Shown here: positions 8,574 through 16,858 of the stretch, in pieces | Position numbering within the stretch: position 1 is the stretch's first letter | Layout of the letters: each line of letters opens with the position of its first letter | Notes under the pieces: model-generated | The model's input: only the letters and a program-made list of their open reading frames with translations | Database searches by the model: none | Told to the model about the DNA's origin: nothing | DNA from: Myxococcales bacterium | Lineage (GTDB): Bacteria > Myxococcota_A > Bradymonadia > Bradymonadales > Bradymonadaceae | Assembly: GCA_007119595.1 (NCBI GenBank) | Contig: SKPJ01000178.1 | Location: forward strand, 1 to 40,283 | Direction: 5' to 3' | Length of the DNA: 40,283 nt | Program-made: the position numbers and the translations under genes

Positions 8574-11500
8574 TCAATTACTCTCCCATTGCAAAATGGG
8601 CCGGTCGGGATCCATCTCCCAAACACTGTTGAAATCAAAGCCCGAAAAACTGCTCTGCGATCCGAACTCCTGATTGTTGAGCGGTTGTCCGCCGTCGCTG
8701 TCCGAGACCCCGCTGGTGTCGGTATTCCAGTAGGAATCATCCACATTTCCGTGATTGGTGCCCACCAGTCCACCCACATTCTCGCTGCCACTGACGGCTC
8801 CCGTCGAATACGTGCGCCGTACATCACCGCTTCCCAGGCCTCCCGAGCTGGAGACACCGCCAGCGAGTCCGCCGACGTGAATCGCACCGGTGACGCTGCC
8901 CGTGGCATAGGTGTCGACGACCTCGGCGCGACGCTCGACGCGTCCCACCGCACCGCCGACGATTTGAGCACCGCTTCCGTCGATATCTCCGGTGGCGAAG
9001 GATCGACGCAGTATTCCGCGATTTTCGCCGATGATTCCGCCGATTCGCTGTCCCGAACCGACGACGTCACCGTTGGCAAAACTGGTGGTCACCACGGCGG
9101 CATCAAAGAAGGTGTTGTCCGTATTGCGCCCCACCAATCCTCCGATCTCATTGGTGCCACTGACCGTGCCCGTGGCGTGGCAGTGCGCGATGCGGCCCGA
9201 CTGCAGGCCCACCAATCCACCGACTCGCACGTCGCCGTCGACATCGCCGGTAGCATAGGAGTCCGAGATCGCACCGGCGGTTCCAAAGTCCGTCATGCGC
9301 ACGTGACCGACCAAGCCGCCTACCTCGTTGGTACCGTTGACCGCTCCCGTGGCATACGAATCATCGATCGTCCCCTCATTTCGACCGACGAGCCCACCGA
9401 CGACATTTTGACCGGTGACGTCGCCATCGGCGTACGCGTTTTGCACGGGCGGATCGCTTTCACTCCAGTCCTCGCCCAATATACTGCTGACTCGACCGAC
9501 GAGTCCGCCCACAAAATCCGCCTGAGCCGCCGATACCTCGCCGGTGGCGTGGGAATTGGTCAATCGCCCATTGGGACGAAGCCAACCGACCATTCCGCCC
9601 ACCGCCTCGCTGCTACCGCTGGCGCTGACGTCTCCCGTGGCCGCCGAATCGGCGATCGAGCAGCCGACGTGGTTTCTGCCGACGAAGCCGCCGACGGCGG
9701 TGGCGCTCGATGCGGTGACGTCGCCATGAGCCTCAGAGTCCCTGATATCGCAAGAACCATTGTTGTGATTGTCACCGACGAGCCCTCCGATATATGCACC
9801 AAATCCCTGGACATCCGCGTCGCTCTGAGACTCCGTGATGACTCCGTCGTTTCGGCCGACCAATCCGCCGATTTCACTGTCTCCGCTGACGGAACCCGTA
9901 AATTGGGAGTTGTGGATCGAAACCGAGGAGTGGCTATAGCCCACCAGGCCACCGACCTCGTCATTGCCGCTGATGTCGCCATTGGCGACAGATGAGTTAT
10001 CGACGCTGCCGCCGCCGCGGATCATCCCCACCAAACCGCCGACGAAGTCGTCGCCACTGAGATTGGCTTCGTCGATGACTACATTTTTTATTTCCCCGCC
10101 GTCGACGAGCCCGAATAGACCGACTCGGTTGTCATTGCTCGCCGAGACGGTCAGGTGTTGGATCTCGAATCCATTGCCGTCGAAGCTGCCCTCGAATCCA
10201 CCGGTGAGGTTGTCCCAAAAGCCGCTTCCCCGTGCCAGTGGTTCGAAGGTTTCGCCATCCAGATCGATGTTGTCGGCCAGGATAAAATGGCTGGAGCGAA
10301 AGGCCGCGGTGTCATCGACGCTGCGGAGTTGTTGGGCCGTGCAGATGCGATAGGGGGTTTGTTGAGAGCCGTCACCTCCACCGAAGGGACCATCTCCACC
10401 GGAGGGACTGGGGTCGCAGTCGATGGGCTCGGCGATGCACTGACCAGACTCACAAAATTGATTGGCACCACAGGAGTTGCCGCAACTTCCACAATGATCA
10501 TCATTGTCGTCGGTGTCGACACAACTGTTGCTGCACAATGTCTCTCCGGCGTCGCAGGCGTCGGTGCAGATACCCTCCTCGCAGGACTGACCAGCGTCAC
10601 AGGAATTGCCGCAGCCTCCGCAATGCTCGTCGTCTTCATCGGTGTCGACACAACTGTCGCCGCACAGCGTTTCTCCGGTGTCGCAGACGTCGGTGCACAC
10701 ACCGCCGTCGCAGGACTGAGCATCGCCACAGGAGTTGCCGCAACTCCCACAGTGTAGTTCATCGGAGCTTAGATCGACGCAGGAGTTGGCACAGATGGTC
10801 TCGTCGTCTTCACATTGATCGGGAGGAGACGTGGGAATACATGTGCCGTTGTCACAAAATTCGTCGCTTTCACAGGACGTGTTGCACGCCCCACAATGCT
10901 CGTCGTCTTCATCGGTGTCGACGCAGGAGTTGGCACAGATGGTCTCGTCGTCTTCACACTGATCGGGATCGGGAGGAGAGGCCGGACTACACGCGCCATT
11001 GTCACAGTATTCGTCGTTTTCACAGGAACTATTGCACGCCCCGCAATGGTCTTCGTTGGAACCGGTGTCGACACAGGAGTTGGCGCAGATCCTCTCATAT
11101 TCTTCGCATTCATCTGGATCGGGAGGTGACGTGGGGATACACGTACCATTGTCACAGTATTCGTCGTTTTCACAGGACGTGTTGCACGCCCCGCAATGGT
11201 CGTCGCTGGAATCGGTGTCGACGCAGGAGTTGGCGCAGATCGTCTCAACTTCTTCGCATTCATCGGGATCCGGAGCAGACGCGGGTTGGCACTGGCCGTT
11301 TTCGCATCGATCGCCTTCCTCACAGCGGCTGTTGCATCCGCCGCAGTGCTGATCGTCGCTTTCTGTATCGATGCACTGATCGGAACAGGCCGTCAGGTCT
11401 TCGTCGCACTCCGGCGCCTCGTCACACACCGTGTATTGACAGGTCTCGCCATCGTCACAGGGGATATCGCATCCCCCACAGTGGTCGGCGTCGGTAAATG

Positions 11501-11831
11501 GATTGACGCACTCGCTGCCGCAGCGAATTTCATCGCTGGCGCACTCCTCGATATTGAATCCCCCTTGATTGTCGTTGCCCTCTTGTACGGCGATGCAATA
11601 TCCCTGGATACATCGTCGATCCGTGGCGCACTCCTCGTCGCCTTCGCACAACACAGTTTCATGTCCCGGATCGAAGCTACACGCCGCGCCGACAGCGACC
11701 ATGAACAACCCGACGACCAGAGTGCACACCATCGAAAGGTGATTTTGATTCGCTCCATTGATCAGCATTGACGATCCCTGTGGCGGTACGAAAACGATCC
11801 AGTTTCTTAAACCCATCCAGTAGTTGGACAT
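8574..11831 (-). CDS. Secreted lipoprotein and larger paralog of 5161-7545: about 8 Stig1-like cysteine modules plus GLUG-motif repeats.
   Basis: The ORF is 1085 aa. A hydrophobic segment ends in VGAAC (lipobox-like). The true start may be the internal ATG at 11768 (MLINGAN...), which has an AGGGA upstream. Cysteine modules span about aa 96-466, followed by many GGLVG repeats and the same SYWNTDTSG...FDFNSVWEM...PILQWE tail as the paralog. Confidence 0.85.
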   Translation of the reverse strand: MSNYWMGLRNWIVFVPPQGSSMLINGANQNHLSMVCTLVVGLFMVAVGAACSFDPGHETVLCEGDEECATDRRCIQGYCIAVQEGNDNQGGFNIEECASDEIRCGSECVNPFTDADHCGGCDIPCDDGETCQYTVCDEAPECDEDLTACSDQCIDTESDDQHCGGCNSRCEEGDRCENGQCQPASAPDPDECEEVETICANSCVDTDSSDDHCGACNTSCENDEYCDNGTCIPTSPPDPDECEEYERICANSCVDTGSNEDHCGACNSSCENDEYCDNGACSPASPPDPDQCEDDETICANSCVDTDEDDEHCGACNTSCESDEFCDNGTCIPTSPPDQCEDDETICANSCVDLSSDELHCGSCGNSCGDAQSCDGGVCTDVCDTGETLCGDSCVDTDEDDEHCGGCGNSCDAGQSCEEGICTDACDAGETLCSNSCVDTDDNDDHCGSCGNSCGANQFCESGQCIAEPIDCDPSPSGGDGPFGGGDGSQQTPYRICTAQQLRSVDDTAAFRSSHFILADNIDLDGETFEPLARGSGFWDNLTGGFEGSFDGNGFEIQHLTVSASNDNRVGLFGLVDGGEIKNVVIDEANLSGDDFVGGLVGMIRGGGSVDNSSVANGDISGNDEVGGLVGYSHSSVSIHNSQFTGSVSGDSEIGGLVGRNDGVITESQSDADVQGFGAYIGGLVGDNHNNGSCDIRDSEAHGDVTASSATAVGGFVGRNHVGCSIADSAATGDVSASGSSEAVGGMVGWLRPNGRLTNSHATGEVSAAQADFVGGLVGRVSSILGEDWSESDPPVQNAYADGDVTGQNVVGGLVGRNEGTIDDSYATGAVNGTNEVGGLVGHVRMTDFGTAGAISDSYATGDVDGDVRVGGLVGLQSGRIAHCHATGTVSGTNEIGGLVGRNTDNTFFDAAVVTTSFANGDVVGSGQRIGGIIGENRGILRRSFATGDIDGSGAQIVGGAVGRVERRAEVVDTYATGSVTGAIHVGGLAGGVSSSGGLGSGDVRRTYSTGAVSGSENVGGLVGTNHGNVDDSYWNTDTSGVSDSDGGQPLNNQEFGSQSSFSGFDFNSVWEMDPDRPILQWESN
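10434..11546 (-). repeat. Intragenic tandem array of cysteine-module coding repeats; the core is three near-identical 150-bp (50-aa) units at about 10818-11276.
   Basis: The peptide units are PPDPDECEE[VY]E[TR]ICANSCVDT..S.DHCGACN.SCENDEYCDNG.C.P.S. The DNA string gtcgacgcaggagttggc[ag]cagat recurs at about 150-bp spacing. Flanking copies are more degenerate, at 42-47 aa. Confidence 0.8.
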
Positions 11832-11949
11832 ATCTTAACGCACCGGCACTGAGGAAACCAATTCCCTCCTTCACGCTCGCCGCACCGGTGTTCATCACCT
11901 ATGGTGCGGTCGATATTCGAACTCAGCGTTCCCGAATCGAGGAGTTGCC

Positions 11950-12534
11950 ATGTATAAATTGCGCGCCGATACCCCTGACAAGTGGGCGGTCCACGTCGCC
12001 GATCATCTCGACGAATTTCTGCCCGATCACGCTGCTGCCGAGCGCAAGGCCTCGGCCAATGCCATGCATATGGTCGTCCGATACTCCGATAAGCTCGACC
12101 TCGTCGATGCCATGATCGAGGTGGCCCGAGAGGAGCTCGAGCACTATCATCAGGTGTTTCACATCATGCGCGATCGCGGCGTCGGACTCGAGCCCGACGA
12201 GCCCGATCCCTACGTCAATGCTCTCCTCGATCACTCCCGCTCCACCGGTGGAGATCGCCTCCTCGACCGTTTGTTGCTCGGATCCATCATCGAATTTCGG
12301 GGCTGCGAGCGCTTCGCCATGATCGGGCGCGAACTCGCGAAGCGGTCAGACGACGCAGAATTGGCTGAGTTCTACCGTGTACTCGCCGCAAGCGAGGCCA
12401 AGCATCGCGGCGATTTTTATGAATTGGCGCTCCAGTACTTCGATCGCCCGGTGGTCGAAGGGCGGCTGGAGGAATTTCTGGACGTCGAAGCCGACATCGT
12501 CGAACAACTCCCCATCCGAGCCGCGCTGCACTAA
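11950..12534 (+). CDS. miaE: MiaE-like diiron tRNA-(ms2io6A)-hydroxylase family protein.
   Basis: The ORF is 194 aa. LPDHAAAERKAS, AREELEHYHQV, IIEFRGCERF and ASEAKHRGDF reproduce the paired E...ExxH-type ferritin-like motif layout of the short, Pseudomonas-type MiaE proteins. Confidence 0.65.
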   Translation: MYKLRADTPDKWAVHVADHLDEFLPDHAAAERKASANAMHMVVRYSDKLDLVDAMIEVAREELEHYHQVFHIMRDRGVGLEPDEPDPYVNALLDHSRSTGGDRLLDRLLLGSIIEFRGCERFAMIGRELAKRSDDAELAEFYRVLAASEAKHRGDFYELALQYFDRPVVEGRLEEFLDVEADIVEQLPIRAALH

Positions 12535-12543
12535 AAGAGATCC

Positions 12544-13902
12544 ATGATCGACACGGAAGAGACGGTCGCCCGATATCTGAAGCGCCACGCCATCGAATTT
12601 CCAGATTGGCTCGATCTGGAGCCACCGGATGAGCAGTTGCGCATCTGCGTCGTGGTCCCCGCTTACGATGAATTGGAACGCATCGAGGATGTCCTCACCG
12701 GTCTGGATACCGTGGAGTTGCCCACGTCCGCTGTTGAGATCATCGTCTGTGTCAACAATGCCACCGATTCTCCCGCGCCGGCCGTCGCGGCCAATCAACA
12801 GACGTTGAGCCGGCTTCGCACTCTCGATATCCCCTTTGCCCTCCATCTCATCGATCGCAGCTCGCCGGGCAGGGCGTTTGCCGCCGGACGATCCGGTGTG
12901 GGGCGCGCGCGGCGCTTGTTGATGGATCTGGCTACCAGCCGGCTCCATCAGGTGGGTCGGGCCCACGATGGTCTGATCGCCTGTCTCGATGGAGACTCGC
13001 CCGCCGATCCCGGCTATCTCGATGCGGTGTGGCGCGAGATGTCGGCTTCGCCAACCGCGCTGGCCGGGGTCTGCCGCTACCGACATCCGATTCCCGATCA
13101 TCGAGCCCATGCCCGGGCGATGATCGCCTATGAGGTGTGGATGCGCTATTTCGAGGCTGCCCTGCACCTGACCGGTACTCCCTACGCCTTTCAGTCCATC
13201 GGCTCCTGCATGGTCATTACCGCCCGGGGCTATGCCCGTGCCGACGGCGTTCCTCCACGGGAGGCGCTCAGTGATTTTTATATGCTTCAAAAGATCGTCA
13301 AGACCGCCGGCGAGGGCTCGGTTCGCCAATTGCGAACTCCCCTGGTTCGTCCTTCCCCCCGCCTCTCGACCCGGGTTCCCCGAGGTACGGGTCCCTCGGT
13401 GAGAGCCTCGATGCACGACGGGGACGAGCGCTTCGTCTGGGTTGAACCGGTTCGTTCATTTGTCGATCTTCGCCAGCTCTTTGCTGCCGTCCGGCCGGGT
13501 TTTACGGAGCCCCAAATGCTGCGCCGGGCCGCCAGTCCCTTTCTGTGCGAGATCATCGAACGGTGGGGCGGTTGGAAGACCATCGATAAACTTCGCACTC
13601 ACGCTCCCGACGAGCCCCGTTTTGAGCGCCAATTTCATACCTGGTTCGACAGCCTCAAGATCGTGAAATTCGCCAACCGCTCCAAGGAGCGCTGGGGCGG
13701 TGTCTTTATCTTTGAAGCCCTTCATCGACTCTTCGATGAGATCGGCGCCGACGATCTTCTCGAAAAACTCCCCAATGTCGACGATGAACGGGCCGAACAC
13801 CACCATTGGCGGCGCTTGCTGGAGCTGATGAGGAGCATTGAACTTCTACCACCTACGTCGCCGAATTTGCCCTCTGGCTCACAGGGCAGTGAAGGACTCT
13901 GA
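12544..13902 (+). CDS. Family 2 glycosyltransferase (GT-A fold) with a C-terminal extension of unknown function.
   Basis: The ORF is 452 aa and starts 9 nt after the miaE-like stop. ICVVVPAYDELERIEDVL, IIVCVNNATD and ACLDGDS (DxD-like) are typical of the GT2 N-terminus. The last 200 aa or so have no motif I recognise. Confidence 0.7.
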   Translation: MIDTEETVARYLKRHAIEFPDWLDLEPPDEQLRICVVVPAYDELERIEDVLTGLDTVELPTSAVEIIVCVNNATDSPAPAVAANQQTLSRLRTLDIPFALHLIDRSSPGRAFAAGRSGVGRARRLLMDLATSRLHQVGRAHDGLIACLDGDSPADPGYLDAVWREMSASPTALAGVCRYRHPIPDHRAHARAMIAYEVWMRYFEAALHLTGTPYAFQSIGSCMVITARGYARADGVPPREALSDFYMLQKIVKTAGEGSVRQLRTPLVRPSPRLSTRVPRGTGPSVRASMHDGDERFVWVEPVRSFVDLRQLFAAVRPGFTEPQMLRRAASPFLCEIIERWGGWKTIDKLRTHAPDEPRFERQFHTWFDSLKIVKFANRSKERWGGVFIFEALHRLFDEIGADDLLEKLPNVDDERAEHHHWRRLLELMRSIELLPPTSPNLPSGSQGSEGL

Positions 13903-14134
13903 AGATTGCTAGCCCGACTCCGTGTTTCTGTGTTACAGTTCACAAGTCATAGACGACGTATGTGTTTTACAGAACGGAAGACGCTTATTTTTTGCGTCCA
14001 CTTTCAGCTTTGAGCGACCTGGGCCGAGCTCTTGAGCAGGGGGTAGATTTTCACTCTACTGACGAGGAGCGGCGGTTGCGATAAGGGCAGCGTTTCTGTG
14101 CAATTGACAGAACCGGGTCACGCAGGCAGCTCCA

Positions 14135-16816
14135 GTGACTGATAATTACGAGTGGAAGAAGTTTGGGCGGTACGCACTCCTCCAACAGATCGGAAGTGGA
14201 GGGATGGCCGAGATCTACCGGGCCAAGACCTTTGGTGCCGCCGGATTCGAAAAAGAATTCGCCATCAAATTGATCTTGCCGGGGCTCGTCGACGATACCG
14301 AGTTTGTCGACATGTTCATCAACGAGGCCAAGCTCACCGTAAACCTCTATCATGCCAATATCGTTCAGGTTTTCGACCTCGGCGAGCTCAATGATCAATA
14401 TTATATTGCCATGGAGTATGTCCACGGAAAGGACCTACTCTATGTTTTGGCGCGCTGTGCTGAACTGAATATCAAGATTCCCCTCGACATCGCTCTATTT
14501 GTCGCCATGGAGATGCTCAAGGGGCTCGATTTTGCTCATCGCGCCACCGATCCCTATGGGGAAGAACTCAATATCATCCACCGCGATGTCAGTCCCTCCA
14601 ATATCATGATCAGCTATGCTGGCGACGTGAAAGTCGGTGATTTTGGGGTCGCCAAAGCCGCCATTGAGCGAACGCTGACCGAGACGGGGACGCTGAAGGG
14701 CAAAGTTGGATATATGAGCCCCGAGCAGGTGATGGGCAATGAGATTGATTCTCGAAGTGATCTATTCTCGGCGTGCATTGTCCTATTTGAGGCACTGAGC
14801 ATGAACCGACTCTTCGTCGGTAATTCCGATCTCGATGTGATGCTCAAGGTCCGCGATGCCGACATCGAAGACAGCCTCCAACAGGCGGGGCCGATGCCCA
14901 ATCAGCTCGTCGAGATCATCCGACGGGGGCTTGCCAAACATCGCGAGGATCGATTTCAGTCCGGCGGTGAATTTTATCAGGCGCTCGTCGATTTTTGCTT
15001 TCAGCACAGCATCAAGGTCACGGGCAGTGACCTCTCCAATTTCATGCGTCGACTCTTCAATGAAGAGATCGAGAAGGAAAAGAGACAACGGCGATCTGAG
15101 CCGGGAGGCGAAGCCCTGAGTCGCCAGATGGCGCTCGCTGAACAACAAGAAGAAATGGGGCAAAAGCCTGCCCCGATGGCGGGGCAGGCGGATTCGTCGC
15201 TGGGCTTGAAACAGACCTCCGCCGAGGTGATCTCGTCGGCCGATCTCTCGTCGCCGGAGTTGGAGGCACCCGAATCCGATGCGGTTGAATCGCCGCCCGA
15301 TCAAGAGACGTCCTCGGAGCCGCCGGAATCAAAGCCCAAAAAGCAGCCTCAGACCCCTCACTCCATGGCACTGAAACAGACGGCGAAATTCCAACAACCC
15401 GAAAGTCCCGCCAAGGCTTCGAGCTCGGCTGTGCTCAATATCCCCTCCAAGAAACGAGGGTCGTTGTCCGAAGAACAGGACGCCACCGCAGGGTCGTCAT
15501 CGCAATATCGCTATCGCGACGCCAGTGGGTTGGTGTTTGGGCCGATGGGGCCGGATACCCTCCTCAATTTATTAGGCGTGCGGCGCCCGCGTTCCGAAGA
15601 TCGAATTTCCGTCGATGACGGCAAGTGGTTGGCTCTCGATGAGGTCGACGAGATCGACCTGAGCGACGTAGCCAGTCTGCGAGATCGACGCGCCGAGCGA
15701 CATGTCTCCGTCGATGCTGGCACGCCGGAGATCCAAGGCGATCCAACTTCCGATGACGATGAAGTGTTGGTCCAAGATACGGAGGTCATGGGAGGCGAAC
15801 CAACCTCGACCGCTGAGGGGCGTACGTCCGAAGAAGACGACGCTGGCCTTGGCCACGCCGGGATTATGGAGGGCTCCATAGGAACGCTGGCCGACTCCAG
15901 CACCGAGCTTGCTCCTCCCCCGGAGATGAGCGAGGCGTCGAGCGCTGAAGACGAAAACCTCGGGGACACCGAAAGTCCGGTCGCCCAATCCACTCCCGTC
16001 CTGCAGAGCAGTGAACTAGGCGCCAGCACCTCCCTGCAGGAGCTCAAAGACCAATACGCCAGTTACGAAGGAGATATAGAGAAGATCCCCTTTGCCAAAA
16101 TCCTCGCGCGCCTGCACCTCGTCAAAGAGACGGGCCGACTCCACATGCAGCGCGATGAGGTCGAAAAGTCGATCTTTTTTCGCAATGGAGAGCCCATTTT
16201 CGTTCATTCCAACAAAAAAGACGAACTGTTGGGTCAGTTTTTGCGTTCGCGAGATATCATTACACAAGAGCAACTCGACGAGGCTCTGGATCGATTGAGT
16301 GAGTGGGGTGGGCGATTGGGCGACGCATTGGTAGCCATCGGTGCTCTGCAAGCGCACTCCATCTTCGAGCACCTGTCCCTGCAGATGAGTGAGAAATTAC
16401 TCGAGATCTTTAGCTGGGAAGACGGTTACTACGGCTATTATGAAAACCAGGAGCCCGACTATCAGGCCTATTCATTGGACGTGAATACCTACAAGATCTT
16501 GGTCACGGGATGCCGCGAACGCGTCCGTATCGACCGCATTCGTGATTGCTATGAAAATCGCATGTTCGTGCGGATCTACGTCAACGATCCTGCCCCATTT
16601 AATGTCGATAAACTCGGCCTGCGCGCTCGGGAGTTGCGGGTATTAAAAGAGCTCGAATCGGGCGCCAAACTCGAGGAGTTGCTCGAACAATTTTCTCCCG
16701 AACATCACGAGACCGTTTTTCGGACCATTTATCTATTGCACCATACTCAGCTTGTCTCCTTCGAGGTGACACAAAAATTCAGCGTCGAGCCCGCCCTGCC
16801 TCCGCTGGAGAGTTGA
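14135..16816 (+). CDS. Active Ser/Thr protein kinase with a low-complexity acidic linker, a GYF_2-like domain and a C-terminal DUF4388 (PatA-N-like) domain.
   Basis: The ORF is 893 aa with a GTG start. Kinase motifs are intact: GSGGMAEIYRAK, FAIKLI, IIHRDVSPSNIMI, VGDFGVAKA, GYMSPEQ. The mid-protein stretch YRYRDASGLVFGPMGPDTLLNLL...DDGKWLAL is GYF_2-like. The C-terminal stretch IPFAKILARLHLVKETGRLHMQRDEVEKSIFFRNGEPIF is DUF4388-like. Confidence 0.9.
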   Translation: MTDNYEWKKFGRYALLQQIGSGGMAEIYRAKTFGAAGFEKEFAIKLILPGLVDDTEFVDMFINEAKLTVNLYHANIVQVFDLGELNDQYYIAMEYVHGKDLLYVLARCAELNIKIPLDIALFVAMEMLKGLDFAHRATDPYGEELNIIHRDVSPSNIMISYAGDVKVGDFGVAKAAIERTLTETGTLKGKVGYMSPEQVMGNEIDSRSDLFSACIVLFEALSMNRLFVGNSDLDVMLKVRDADIEDSLQQAGPMPNQLVEIIRRGLAKHREDRFQSGGEFYQALVDFCFQHSIKVTGSDLSNFMRRLFNEEIEKEKRQRRSEPGGEALSRQMALAEQQEEMGQKPAPMAGQADSSLGLKQTSAEVISSADLSSPELEAPESDAVESPPDQETSSEPPESKPKKQPQTPHSMALKQTAKFQQPESPAKASSSAVLNIPSKKRGSLSEEQDATAGSSSQYRYRDASGLVFGPMGPDTLLNLLGVRRPRSEDRISVDDGKWLALDEVDEIDLSDVASLRDRRAERHVSVDAGTPEIQGDPTSDDDEVLVQDTEVMGGEPTSTAEGRTSEEDDAGLGHAGIMEGSIGTLADSSTELAPPPEMSEASSAEDENLGDTESPVAQSTPVLQSSELGASTSLQELKDQYASYEGDIEKIPFAKILARLHLVKETGRLHMQRDEVEKSIFFRNGEPIFVHSNKKDELLGQFLRSRDIITQEQLDEALDRLSEWGGRLGDALVAIGALQAHSIFEHLSLQMSEKLLEIFSWEDGYYGYYENQEPDYQAYSLDVNTYKILVTGCRERVRIDRIRDCYENRMFVRIYVNDPAPFNVDKLGLRARELRVLKELESGAKLEELLEQFSPEHHETVFRTIYLLHHTQLVSFEVTQKFSVEPALPPLES

Positions 16817-16858
16817 GCAAGTCCAGAGAGGGGGAATGAGCCCGACAGGTGGTGCGAT

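Noticed and set aside
8466-9995. A 509-aa plus-strand ORF (with a similar 216-aa ORF at 5386-6036) antisense to the GLUG lipoprotein genes.
   Set aside because: These are shadow ORFs created by the repetitive GC-rich GLUG coding sequence. Their translations are low-complexity (runs of Asp, Ala, Arg and Ser with no motif), whereas the minus-strand frames give coherent lipoprotein, cysteine-module and GLUG architecture.
10538-11497. An Arg/His/Cys-rich 319-aa plus-strand ORF, several other ORFs inside the cysteine-repeat array, and the 337-aa ORF at 30372-31385 antisense to the DxDC protein.
   Set aside because: These are periodic artefacts of reading the tandem cysteine-module repeats in wrong frames or on the wrong strand. 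The compositions are implausible (poly-Arg).
10434-11546. Regularly spaced 150-bp direct repeats that might be mistaken for a CRISPR array or a DGR variable or template repeat.
   Set aside because: The repeats are contiguous with no unique spacers. They are in-frame coding units of a single ORF, and no cas gene or reverse transcriptase is present anywhere in the window.
12346-13416. A 356-aa minus-strand ORF overlapping the miaE-like 3' end and the GT2 gene.
   Set aside because: It lies antisense to two ORFs that have clear family motifs. Its own translation is Gly/Arg/Pro-rich with no recognisable motif, which is typical of a high-GC antisense open frame.
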